Virus record (IMG/VR): IMGVR_UViG_3300023179_007063
Coordinates: 1 to 64,000 of that record
Strand: one strand, 5' to 3'
DNA: 64,000 bases
From: a virus
Shown piece by piece: positions 26,619 through 36,720 of the stretch; positions within the stretch are counted from its first letter, which is position 1; each line of letters begins with the position of its first letter. A program made the translations under genes and the position numbers. A model generated the notes under the pieces. It made no database searches. It was not told where the DNA came from and saw nothing but the letters and a program-made list of their open reading frames with translations.

Positions 26619-28412
26619 TCAAGGCGACACTTCGATCTTTACTTGTTGGACTTTCTGATTGTCCAGATTGATCAGCTGATAGACGTAGTAAGATTTGTTG
26701 TTGTCTGCTGTTTGTGTCTTGGTCTTGATGGTGTTTATGACGTTGTTCTTCGAGTCTTCAATAGATAAGCAGTCAGGAGACAGGTAAAGTGTCATCTTCT
26801 TCGTTTGGCCGCTGTTCTCGTCTTCGACATAAGACGCATCTTTGAAGATGTTCTTCTCGAGAGTTAGATTGGGGTATTGGCGTGGAGACCCAGACGAAGC
26901 AACGTGCTGTATGACAGGCCGATTCTTGTAGGGATCAAATGTTACCCTGTACTGAGCTGAGTAGTTAGACACCATTCCATGAGCGTCGACAGCGCCGACT
27001 GCATAGATGAAGTCAGGCTCATTCTGGTAGAATTGTGTGTCTATTGAGAAGTCTTCGTCGATGTGATAACTGACCTCTCTGCCGGATGGGTCGTATTTGA
27101 CTAAATCAGACAGGCCCAAATCGACGACTGCTTTCATATCATTGGAGTCTGTCTTCTCACCCGATAAGTATCTCTTGCCATCCACTCCGGTAATAGAGTC
27201 ATCGAAGCCATACTGTGCAACAAGCTCAAAGGGATGCATGATGCTATCTCTTCTGAAGACTTGGTACTGTTTTATGTCTCTCTGTTTGTATGTAGGAGTG
27301 TTCCACGATATTCTTAGATTGTTTCTCTCATAGTCATAGTTAAAATTCAAAGTGTCAGGAGGGGGCGGAGGAGAATACTCAAAGCACTCTACAGACTTTG
27401 AGACGGGATGTGAGCTTACATATAGAGTCGACGGGTTAGCATCTCCGTCAAGATAAGCTGTAATGCGGGCAACAGATCTTACAGAGTAAAGATAGCTTGT
27501 TCCATATAAAGCGTCTTTATCTATCATAGAAGAAGTCTGTGGACCTTCTATGTAGAATGTCTTGAGACGAACTAATGCAGATGAAGTAACTCTAAACTTA
27601 TCGACGATATATCCAACAATAGTGTCAGAAGCCTGAGGTGTGGACGCTTCGGCTGGGACACTCAGCCTATCAGACTTGTTATTTTTGACGCTATTAAGAA
27701 ATTTGACCGACTGGGCATCAGACAGAGACGGAGTCGTCCTAAAGAAGTCGGTAAATACATCTGACTTTATCTTCATATTGATGGAAAGATCATCGGCAGC
27801 TACGCTCAGAATACTCGAGTCAGATGAAGTAGAGATTTGCTTTCCGTCAGCGTCTAAGAACTGTAGTCCTAGGTTGCTATAGGGTAGATTGAAGAGGTAA
27901 GAATGAGCGCGTCTGATGGCATCTATCTGTGCTTTTTGATCAGCTTCGACTTTCGGATCCGTGCTTAGTGAACTAAAATTATTTGAATACTCTTGAAGGA
28001 CTAGCTTAGATAAGTCTGACAAGCTAGACCCGATAGTTCCAATCTCGCTTGCAGTCGTCTCAAGATCATTAGAAGACTGTAGGACGTGTGAGACGTCCGA
28101 GAAAGTTCTCGGTAGATAGCCTATTTGTGTTAGGTCGTCTTGCGAGAAGATACCTGGGCTTGATGATGCATCAGCTAGACGCTTGTTTGCATCTGTTACT
28201 GTATACGTGTATCCTTTTGGCGTGTTCCATGAGATACTGACGTACCTCGAAATTCTAGATAAATCGGTTCCTGCAGGAGAAGAGTCAGGATTTATTCTCT
28301 CGTCTTTTACGTAGTAGTTGTACACAAAGTCAACATTTAAGCCCGTGACGCTTGGGACTTCTGCGCTGTAGACGGAGTCAGATATATCTGATTCTTGAGG
28401 TACTGACGACAT
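26619..28412 (-). CDS. Probable structural protein with Fn3-like repeats
   Basis: PPPPPD..LRISWNTP..YQVFRR..YAVGAVD..VSNYS; YLYSVRSV. Confidence 0.6.
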   Translation of the reverse strand: MSSVPQESDISDSVYSAEVPSVTGLNVDFVYNYYVKDERINPDSSPAGTDLSRISRYVSISWNTPKGYTYTVTDANKRLADASSSPGIFSQDDLTQIGYLPRTFSDVSHVLQSSNDLETTASEIGTIGSSLSDLSKLVLQEYSNNFSSLSTDPKVEADQKAQIDAIRRAHSYLFNLPYSNLGLQFLDADGKQISTSSDSSILSVAADDLSINMKIKSDVFTDFFRTTPSLSDAQSVKFLNSVKNNKSDRLSVPAEASTPQASDTIVGYIVDKFRVTSSALVRLKTFYIEGPQTSSMIDKDALYGTSYLYSVRSVARITAYLDGDANPSTLYVSSHPVSKSVECFEYSPPPPPDTLNFNYDYERNNLRISWNTPTYKQRDIKQYQVFRRDSIMHPFELVAQYGFDDSITGVDGKRYLSGEKTDSNDMKAVVDLGLSDLVKYDPSGREVSYHIDEDFSIDTQFYQNEPDFIYAVGAVDAHGMVSNYSAQYRVTFDPYKNRPVIQHVASSGSPRQYPNLTLEKNIFKDASYVEDENSGQTKKMTLYLSPDCLSIEDSKNNVINTIKTKTQTADNNKSYYVYQLINLDNQKVQQVKIEVSP

Positions 28413-28427
28413 TTTGTTGTCTCTCTG

Positions 28428-31400
28428 TTATGAAGGTGTGTAGGGTTTGACTGCAACAAAGTATTCGTTAAGAGAGATGCTGTTTGGAGAGGCGGGTGTC
28501 TTATAGTAGAGCCCCGTGCTATCTATTATGATAAATTTGCTATCTATGACATCGGCAATTTTTGATGCTCTTTCATTAGCATTGCTGCTCGGGAAAGACG
28601 CCGCTAAGTCGACTTGAAAGTCTTCAGGATCGACTATTACGTTGAAGACTCTGTCGTACTTCTTGGCAAAGAGTGCTCTTCGTTGAAACTCTATGCCGTC
28701 GAGCATTGCAGTTTCGTAACTTGAGAAGAAAGTGTCAAGAGAGCTATCGCGCTGAGTGATTCCGGAGTTTTTGTTCGATTGATCAAGGTAAGGGCTGCCA
28801 GGATAGAGGTTGCCGAAATGCCAGAACCTACTGTCGTCTATTCTTGCATCAGTAAACCATCTCACATACTGCTCGAGCAAGAAGCTTCTTGAGTGGTTGA
28901 GGTATACGTCTCTACCTATGTTTGTTCCGGCAGGAAAAGAGTCGTCGTTTGCATCATATACCTGGTATATTTTTGACGTACCGTCTTCTTGCATAATACG
29001 ACTCGGTATGCTCTGTAGCAAGCTTGTTACGTCGGATCTCATAGACTGGTTTGACCAGTTAGATAGAACTCTCGTAGGAAAACGATTGAGTTGAAAGACA
29101 TATTCTCGTGGCTTAAATAACAAGCCTGGCAGTCTGAGATCTGAATAGTAGACTAAGATCTTGATGAGCTGTCTAGTCTTTCTCTCTTCGATATAGTCTA
29201 GGCTCCTGCTGTCAGTGTAATTCATCACGTTGTCGATCAAACCTGGGGGTATTCCAATCGTGAGTATCTTTTTATCATGTCCACTGTTTGGACGGAATTC
29301 TGAGGTGTTAAAGAAAGACTCTAGAGAAGAGAAAGAGACGTGTTCGATATCACTTGCTGCGAGGAACTTGTATCGGTCGGAAGTTATATTTGCAAATGAC
29401 GGCTTAGTACTAAGCCTCGTTATGCTGTCGTTGTCTATTCCGTATCTGTCAGACAGCTCCTCAAGGCACTCCAGCTGCATCTTGAGCTGATACTTGGTGA
29501 AACTCTTAGCTATTCTGTTGAGCTTATCACTGTCATTGAGTCCGAGATTATCGTATGCACTCTTTATCGTAGAGATGTAATCAGAAGCTTCACCGGATGT
29601 CAAGTCTCTCTTTATTTTTGTAGTCAGTCCTCTCAAATAGTTTAGATAGTTTGAATACATGTCGAGGCTCTGCTGCATGTACTCACTCTCCCCAGAAAGA
29701 ATAGAAGATATACTATCTTTTATTGTTGGAGTAATTTTTTCGTTGACTATTGAATATCCGGTGAGTAGAGACGTAGAAGTTTTTTCTTCTATTAAGAAAT
29801 ATGAGTTCACACTATCATTTGTTGAAATGACACTCTTCAAGACTTCTGGACAGAGTGTGCTCGTGCACGCAAGAAGAACATCAAAGAATGCCATCAATAC
29901 GACTAAGAAGTCTGTTCCCGTGTAAGATGTGCTGTTCCTATACGTACTTAGTAATGAGCTAGCCAGTTTATTCATAACTGTTGCCCAAGCATTTCCTACA
30001 CCGCTTCTCTTGCTCAGAAACTTCTGGTTAAACCCGACAAAGCCGATACGTGACAGAAGCCTTCTACTTGAGTAGTCATCAATAAGAACATCTGAATCGT
30101 GGTGCATGTCACTGTTTTCAACGCCAAGGTTCGAAGTCGGTCGGTTCCCATTCGAGTCGGGTACGAAGATTCCGCCGTTCGTCGTCGTGACGAAGATGGG
30201 CGAAGTCGTGCCGTCCAAATTCGGGACGGATACAGTCTTAGAAATATGAGAAATAAAGTAAAGATGCTGCAGTTTTTCAAGAGAGCTTGTTAGCTTTTTT
30301 GATACTACTTCAAGAGCATCGTCTGAGACTCCTAGCGCAGCCCCCAATGTCCAGGCAAACAACGTGGACTTTAAATAGTCGTATTGAGATTTTGCCGAAT
30401 ATTCTGTGGCTTCTCCAATAGCCAGCTTTGCTAGCATGCAGGCCGACCTAATTCCAGACTGGTTTCCGGAAATATCGGGGTTCAAGTCGCTAGCAGGAGA
30501 CTTTGGACTAGATGGGTCATTAGTGTCGGCAGGACTGTCTGCCTCTAGTAAGCTTCTGTCTAGAACAAGCTTCTTCTTGTCGACATCGTCTTGTCTTATG
30601 ATACTTGAGTACAAGTTTGATACAGGTTGAAGCGCGTCATAGATGTACTCGACAACTGAAGAAAGAGCATAGTAGTCAGTATTTCCGTAGATTAATCCGT
30701 CGTCTCTGGGGATGGCTGTCTGGGGCGGGAATGTCTGTCTGATGATGCCTAGCGACTTTATAGCTGCATCAAGAGAGCTGTTGAGACCATCGACTCTAGA
30801 CGTGTTGAAACCTGTTGCGTTCGTAGAATCATTTGGTCTGAAATTTGCGTCGACGTAGAATGAAGATCCTGCATTTATGTAGCTTGTAGGTGCTTGGGGA
30901 TCTGTGAGTGCAGTTGTATTCTCAAAGGTGAGTATGTTGTAGTTAGTCCCACCAATTGGTGCCGTTCTCTTAGAAGTGTTAAAGAGAGTCGTTTGTTGAC
31001 TTGTGTCTCGAGAAGAGAAACTTGTTACTATTTGAGAAGATGGACTTCCAATAAGTTTTTCCCACAGGCTTGTGCTGTTATCTCCGCCTAGAGAGACAGA
31101 AAATCCATAGTCAGAAAGATCGTTAACACTCTCTACCATCTTAGAGTAGTTGATTTCTCTCACAACAGCATTTATGGCACAAGCAATGTTTCTGTGATTT
31201 TCTTTGTCAGAATTCAATACTAGTTGAAGTGAATTTCCTTTATAGTCTGCGTATACGCTTTTGTATGCTTCTTTAATAGGATTTATGATATGTGCATCGA
31301 TACTGCTGTCATTCGACTGTTCGTACAAATCACCAATGCTAGATAAAGAAAATTGTAGAAGCGTTTGAGAAGCTGCGGAAGCTTGTGATTGTGGCTGCCC

Positions 31401-32267
31401 TTGAGATTTCAAGAGTTTACCATTTATAGCAGTAATTTGTGTTTGCGAAGAAGGCAATGTTCCAAGTCTGTATCGATAAGATTCTATTGTATCTGTTCCG
31501 TCAGCGTCGAGGAGATTGTCTGGGGCTGTTAGACTACCGGCGTCTCTCGAGCCGGCGATGCTTCGAACTGCTGACTTACTTCCATTGGATAGAAAGTGTG
31601 AAGAGAATATCAAGTCTTTCTTCATCTCGATCAGTGACTGTTGCCACAATTTAGTTGAAAGAAATGATTCAATTACACTGCTACCATCTGAAGCCTTCTT
31701 ATCGAAACCCTTGTGCTTAAGATAGTCAACAAAAGGATTGCTAGTGACCCCGTTGGTGTCGGAAATGCTGTAGTTTCTTATAGATAAGGCTCTTGATACT
31801 TCTAAAGAGTCTTTAAGCGCAGTAGATATGAAGGACTTGTCAACTTGCGAAGCGCTTAATATGAATCCGACGTTAGAATTAACGTACTTTTGGGCTGTTG
31901 TGCTAGCTGATAGCTTTTTAGAAGTTAAGTTGGTAGTTATCGACTTGGCAACTTCTTTAATGTAAAGAGCATCATGAGTCGAATTAGGTCTACCGTCTTC
32001 TCCATATATCGGAATGAAGTCAGCTGATAGAATTATCTGAGGAGCTGAGGCAGTTGATGTCAGATCCTCGCTGCCAATTACAGGGGCAGGGGGTGGAGAA
32101 ACATCGGGTGCAGGTGAAGGAGGTGGTGGTTTTATTGGGTCCGCAAGAGATGTCGCGGCGGTAGACAGGGTTAGCACCCGTCGGACTAAATCAGCACTAG
32201 ACAATCCTTCAGTCTGAAGGGGCTGAGAAGCGAGAGCTCCCGTGCTGTACTCTATAGGATTAGACAT
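28428..32267 (-). CDS. Large Ser-rich hypothetical (probable virion) protein
   Basis: 1279-aa ORF in the structural run; Pro-rich N-terminal linker. Confidence 0.6.
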   Translation of the reverse strand: MSNPIEYSTGALASQPLQTEGLSSADLVRRVLTLSTAATSLADPIKPPPPSPAPDVSPPPAPVIGSEDLTSTASAPQIILSADFIPIYGEDGRPNSTHDALYIKEVAKSITTNLTSKKLSASTTAQKYVNSNVGFILSASQVDKSFISTALKDSLEVSRALSIRNYSISDTNGVTSNPFVDYLKHKGFDKKASDGSSVIESFLSTKLWQQSLIEMKKDLIFSSHFLSNGSKSAVRSIAGSRDAGSLTAPDNLLDADGTDTIESYRYRLGTLPSSQTQITAINGKLLKSQGQPQSQASAASQTLLQFSLSSIGDLYEQSNDSSIDAHIINPIKEAYKSVYADYKGNSLQLVLNSDKENHRNIACAINAVVREINYSKMVESVNDLSDYGFSVSLGGDNSTSLWEKLIGSPSSQIVTSFSSRDTSQQTTLFNTSKRTAPIGGTNYNILTFENTTALTDPQAPTSYINAGSSFYVDANFRPNDSTNATGFNTSRVDGLNSSLDAAIKSLGIIRQTFPPQTAIPRDDGLIYGNTDYYALSSVVEYIYDALQPVSNLYSSIIRQDDVDKKKLVLDRSLLEADSPADTNDPSSPKSPASDLNPDISGNQSGIRSACMLAKLAIGEATEYSAKSQYDYLKSTLFAWTLGAALGVSDDALEVVSKKLTSSLEKLQHLYFISHISKTVSVPNLDGTTSPIFVTTTNGGIFVPDSNGNRPTSNLGVENSDMHHDSDVLIDDYSSRRLLSRIGFVGFNQKFLSKRSGVGNAWATVMNKLASSLLSTYRNSTSYTGTDFLVVLMAFFDVLLACTSTLCPEVLKSVISTNDSVNSYFLIEEKTSTSLLTGYSIVNEKITPTIKDSISSILSGESEYMQQSLDMYSNYLNYLRGLTTKIKRDLTSGEASDYISTIKSAYDNLGLNDSDKLNRIAKSFTKYQLKMQLECLEELSDRYGIDNDSITRLSTKPSFANITSDRYKFLAASDIEHVSFSSLESFFNTSEFRPNSGHDKKILTIGIPPGLIDNVMNYTDSRSLDYIEERKTRQLIKILVYYSDLRLPGLLFKPREYVFQLNRFPTRVLSNWSNQSMRSDVTSLLQSIPSRIMQEDGTSKIYQVYDANDDSFPAGTNIGRDVYLNHSRSFLLEQYVRWFTDARIDDSRFWHFGNLYPGSPYLDQSNKNSGITQRDSSLDTFFSSYETAMLDGIEFQRRALFAKKYDRVFNVIVDPEDFQVDLAASFPSSNANERASKIADVIDSKFIIIDSTGLYYKTPASPNSISLNEYFVAVKPYTPS

Positions 32268-32273
32268 GGATGT

Positions 32274-35123
32274 TTACTCTATAATTGTAGCAAATTGTAT
32301 CTGTTCAGACAGTTTAAAACCAGAATCATTAAAGAAGCCATCGTCTGGCGATACGAGAATTTGATTCGAATAGGCCGTTTTGTCTATCGTGAGATCTTCT
32401 AATATCGGTATCACACAGTAATAGACGTATCCTAGGTCTGCGTTTGGGTCTGTAATTCCTGTCGGTCCCATTGGCGATAAGTAGTCATAGATGAAAGTAT
32501 CGTTCGTCTTTCCTACGAATTTCCTGACGCCATTTCGACCATTGACTTGCTTGAATACTAAGAAAGAATCGTAAAAAACTTTGGGATTACTTGTCTGTCT
32601 TACAATGCTGTTAGCTATCGATACGTCCCAACTTACCTTTACAGCTTCTCTGGTAAGTCTCAGGGCTCTTACACTTGTCACGTCCGCGTATATAGAAGCA
32701 GCATCGATGACGTAAGAAGGAACTTGAGTTATTGGTGTCCAGGTCTCAAAGCTGTCATATATGAGCGGATTGTTGTTGTCATCTTCTGGGTATGTCGTAG
32801 ACGTATTTACGACTTTAGGATTGTTCCACTTGATGGGTGTGTAGAAATACTCCGACTTACCGTCGTCTTTCTTCCCAACGGTGATGTACTTCTCTAGAGC
32901 AGACAGTGGATCTTTAATGTAAGTAAAGACTTGATACTCGTATCTATCTGACGTGACAGCAGGTGGTATAGACTTCTTGCTTCTGGTGTCTGCTGCATCT
33001 CTGAAATTTGCTGTCTCTGTATTACCTGAAGTGATGTATGGAAACGAGTATCTCTCTCCCGTCCTAAGGTTTGTTCGAACCACCTCATGTACTATCAGAA
33101 AGTCGTACAAATCTGATGGTTTATTGACAATACTTGTAGTATCTATCCCTGACATCGACGTGTTGTTCTGTATCGCTTCCTTGACAACTGACCTTGAGTC
33201 GGTATCGTTCAAAGAAGTAGTAATATCAAAAGATATGTCACGTGTACCATCAACGTTGATGGTTGAAGAAGCTGAGCCTTGATCTATTGTAACAGACTTA
33301 ACCGACTTGGCCAATCCTTCGACGTCTCTGTGCGGAGTTCTAATCGTTGCAATGTTAGAAACTGTTAGAAGTGCACCAGATAAATCGTGTAAATATGCAT
33401 TGTATTCTAGGTAGCCTTTGCCAGCCAATGAGCTTACATCGTCTGCCACAGTTAGACTTCCCGCTGTCTTTGAGTCAGTAGTTCCACTATATACAACGAC
33501 TCTAGACGAAGCCCGTGTAATCTCAGGATATGCGTCTGTCACTGAGGTCTCCGGAAATGACCTTCGCTTGATGACTAATTTTGCATCGCTTGGAATTCCA
33601 TACACGTTTATGGTAACACTGTTACCCATAGCAGAAGCTCGAGAGTAAGAAGGAACTATTACTAGCTCAGAGAAGTAAGAGTACCCGCGGCCGACGACAA
33701 AGTCTCTGTATTTCTTCGACTCTTGCCCTTTGTCGTCGACTGCTATTACTCTAACTAAGCCTAGCTGTGTTTTGATACTATAGAGGCCGCTTTGCTTATT
33801 TTGAAGTGATCCTACAAACTCATATCGAGCACCTGCAGCTGCTTTTCCAAGGGACTTCACATACACATTGAACTTAGAGACTCTGCTGCTTTCTCTCTGA
33901 AAATATTTTGACGACTGATACGGGCTTCGCTTTGCTAGTCCATCGACAGATATTGAAAAAATACTCTTGTCTTGTGCGGGATATGAAAGACTTGCATTCG
34001 GCTCATACTGCATAGACTCGAAAGAATCTATTAGACTGTCTAGCGACACATCGATGGACTTTTTCTGTGTATACGGTTTGTTTCCGCTCGTGATTGGCTT
34101 TCCTGGTGCTTGATTCCAGGCGTATACTGAAATTCTATAAGTACTTGACTTATTTGGTATCTTGACTCCTGAGACAACAAGAGATATATCGACTTTTTGT
34201 TTAACGTTCTTGCCGATAACGACATTGTACCTGTCGTCATAGGGTCCATCAGGCGAGTCGACAAAGCAGTATTTTGTCATTCCACTGAGAACTCTGTTGT
34301 TTCTTGTCAAAGCTCTAAAAGAATTAAGCATGCCGAGGTCGTAAGCCGTGCTTACACCATAAGTCATGTTCATGACTTGAGATGGCGAAGCGTCTACTGG
34401 GCTGGGGGACTCAAGAGTTGCTTTGTTGAGCTCTATCGCTGTGCTATCTTTGAGACTAAAAGACACCTGAGGTCTGAATGGTGTCTGGTCTACGCTGTTG
34501 ATTGTTGGTCTCGTAGGAGAGATCAGACTCTGAGCAAAGTTATTAGAAGTTGTTACTAGCCTTGGAGATGTCCAATAACTGACAGATGCGTCTCTGACAG
34601 TGTTCCTTATGTCGTAATTGCTTTCATGGACTGTCTCGTACTTTTTATCAAGTACTTCGGCGCCTGCAAGAGCTCTCTTTAGCAGCTTTTCCCGTCCCGG
34701 GCTACCAGAAGCAGTCTCATATATCCCCTGGTATGTATCCGATAGACCTTGCTGCTTCAAAGAGTTGGCATCGTGAGTTGCAAGAATGCTATTTGCGGCC
34801 GCGGCCGCAACCTTATTTATCTGCACCTCTCGGGGCGTGAGACGTCTCTCTATCTTAAGCGTCACATTCGTGAAACAGAGGTTTGTAGGTGGGTTTATTG
34901 GGTCATGGTCGATTCTTCCGACATCTTTTATCGGTTGACCTTCATTGTAATAGTAGTAACCATTCCACAAAAAATTATAGCTTGGTACTTTGAAGCTCAC
35001 GTCAAGGTCGACAGTCTGTAGCGTCTCATCGTAGTCTCTGATACTGAGAGCAGTTTCTTCGCTCATCTCTATCGCGCCGTGATTAGTAGCTGAGTCTTTG
35101 CTGTTCTTTATGCTGCTTGTCAT
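32274..35123 (-). CDS. Large hypothetical (probable virion) protein, beta-sandwich-like
   Basis: 949-aa ORF; Fn3-like strands (VKVSWD, YEYQV, YYCVIP). Confidence 0.6.
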   Translation of the reverse strand: MTSSIKNSKDSATNHGAIEMSEETALSIRDYDETLQTVDLDVSFKVPSYNFLWNGYYYYNEGQPIKDVGRIDHDPINPPTNLCFTNVTLKIERRLTPREVQINKVAAAAANSILATHDANSLKQQGLSDTYQGIYETASGSPGREKLLKRALAGAEVLDKKYETVHESNYDIRNTVRDASVSYWTSPRLVTTSNNFAQSLISPTRPTINSVDQTPFRPQVSFSLKDSTAIELNKATLESPSPVDASPSQVMNMTYGVSTAYDLGMLNSFRALTRNNRVLSGMTKYCFVDSPDGPYDDRYNVVIGKNVKQKVDISLVVSGVKIPNKSSTYRISVYAWNQAPGKPITSGNKPYTQKKSIDVSLDSLIDSFESMQYEPNASLSYPAQDKSIFSISVDGLAKRSPYQSSKYFQRESSRVSKFNVYVKSLGKAAAGARYEFVGSLQNKQSGLYSIKTQLGLVRVIAVDDKGQESKKYRDFVVGRGYSYFSELVIVPSYSRASAMGNSVTINVYGIPSDAKLVIKRRSFPETSVTDAYPEITRASSRVVVYSGTTDSKTAGSLTVADDVSSLAGKGYLEYNAYLHDLSGALLTVSNIATIRTPHRDVEGLAKSVKSVTIDQGSASSTINVDGTRDISFDITTSLNDTDSRSVVKEAIQNNTSMSGIDTTSIVNKPSDLYDFLIVHEVVRTNLRTGERYSFPYITSGNTETANFRDAADTRSKKSIPPAVTSDRYEYQVFTYIKDPLSALEKYITVGKKDDGKSEYFYTPIKWNNPKVVNTSTTYPEDDNNNPLIYDSFETWTPITQVPSYVIDAASIYADVTSVRALRLTREAVKVSWDVSIANSIVRQTSNPKVFYDSFLVFKQVNGRNGVRKFVGKTNDTFIYDYLSPMGPTGITDPNADLGYVYYCVIPILEDLTIDKTAYSNQILVSPDDGFFNDSGFKLSEQIQFATIIE

Positions 35124-35133
35124 CGATTATCCG

Positions 35134-36663
35134 TCATAGGTTCGTAGACTGCTGAGAATAAATCAGAGTAAACATGTTGATGAATACTGATGTGTTCATC
35201 TTATCCAATAGTCGCTTGCCTAAAAAGAAGACGCGTAAGTTCGTTCCATCTGGTGACTTTATGCTTCCGTAGTCGACCATGTCAAGCTTGTTAACAGTGT
35301 GTACTGTTCCATCAGATACGACTTCGAAAAACTGGCCGAGAAGTCTATTTCCAAGAGAGGTCTGGTCGAAAGTTATCGATGACTTGCTAGAAGGTCCGTA
35401 CTTATCTAGCCTAGATTTCAGGCCGCCGTCTCCTGTAAACTGCATCGGTGTGTTTCTACCAAATGCTGGGTAATTTCCTAGTAGATAGCTGCTAGCGAGT
35501 GTTGCAACTTCGGAAACGGGACTATCGAGTAGTGCTGGGATGTCAGTCTTGCTGTACTCTCTCGATGTTAGCTTCTTGAATTTTGCTCTAAGCGATCCTT
35601 CATCTGTCTTCAAGATCGGCGGCAAGTATCGATACTCGGGCAAGTTACTAAACTTATCGTCTAAAAATATCGAAGGTGATATGTCGACATCACTTCTTTC
35701 AATGGCAGACTTATACGCAGGAGGTATGTTACTTAGTGAGAAAGAAACGGTATTAGATGACAGAGTAAAATTCTGATCGTTCTTCTGAAAGTCTATGGAG
35801 GCCAAAGTCTTAAGTCCCAAGAAGTTGTCAAAAGAAGCCGTAAGTTGGCCAGAAATCTGTGACAAGAATTCGTCTCCGACTATCTGTTCCTCAACTCTTC
35901 TACCTCCTGAGACAGTATCGAGGAGTGAGAACTGATCAGATTTAAGCTGCCCGAGATATTGAAGATTGATGTTGCCTAGACCTGGATAGTCGAAGAAGAC
36001 GTAGCTTCCCTGGGTGGTCGTGAAGATCTTGGGTCCTGCACCTGTGGATGCAGACATGGCATTTATTGCATTGCTGATTCTAGTAGCAACAACGTCGGAT
36101 GACGGATCGTCTGAGACACCTATCGTGGAAATATACGGGCCGTTTCCCGGAAATGTGTTTGCTGGGTCTTCAAAAGTCAGAGGTATGCGGCTAAAGGGAT
36201 CGAAAAATATACTAGCGGTGACACCGCCAACTGGATCTGAATATATGAATCCGTCAGATGTAGAATATTCAACGCTCTTAATGGGGGTTGTTAACAGTCG
36301 AGGCTTGTACTGATACTCTGAAGTCAACATCTCTCCGCCAACAAAATTTCCGACAGTGAAAGCACTCTTCATCGAAGGCATAGCATTGCTGAAGACAGAA
36401 GCGTCGGGATTGATAGACTTAATTCCTCCACCGCGTGTGTCTGTCTCAAACACGATCCTGTCTTGAGGAAGATTGCATGCCTCGAGATAGATCTTTCCTG
36501 CAGGATCAATGTGACCATCAGCAGCGTCTGGCTGGTAGACGACGTCGGCATCTGTAAATGTCACGTACTTTATCTGAAAACGGTCTTCCGAAAGCTGTCG
36601 CCTTCCCTCGACAGTGAAGACCGCATCGATTACACGTGACTTTGGATCTAAGATTCCGCTCAT
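35134..36663 (-). CDS. Virion structural protein, paralog of 25757-26524 N-terminus
   Basis: MSGILDPKSRVIDAVFTVEGRRQL...IKYVTFTDADVVY aligns by eye with MGLLDHSTNNLILDAVLTDAGRSKL...ITKFALGDDEVDY. Confidence 0.65.
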   Translation of the reverse strand: MSGILDPKSRVIDAVFTVEGRRQLSEDRFQIKYVTFTDADVVYQPDAADGHIDPAGKIYLEACNLPQDRIVFETDTRGGGIKSINPDASVFSNAMPSMKSAFTVGNFVGGEMLTSEYQYKPRLLTTPIKSVEYSTSDGFIYSDPVGGVTASIFFDPFSRIPLTFEDPANTFPGNGPYISTIGVSDDPSSDVVATRISNAINAMSASTGAGPKIFTTTQGSYVFFDYPGLGNINLQYLGQLKSDQFSLLDTVSGGRRVEEQIVGDEFLSQISGQLTASFDNFLGLKTLASIDFQKNDQNFTLSSNTVSFSLSNIPPAYKSAIERSDVDISPSIFLDDKFSNLPEYRYLPPILKTDEGSLRAKFKKLTSREYSKTDIPALLDSPVSEVATLASSYLLGNYPAFGRNTPMQFTGDGGLKSRLDKYGPSSKSSITFDQTSLGNRLLGQFFEVVSDGTVHTVNKLDMVDYGSIKSPDGTNLRVFFLGKRLLDKMNTSVFINMFTLIYSQQSTNL

Positions 36664-36720
36664 TTAGTCTCAGACTCTCTTCATATTCAAATATACGTCG
36701 ATGAGCGAGGCGTGACCGCT

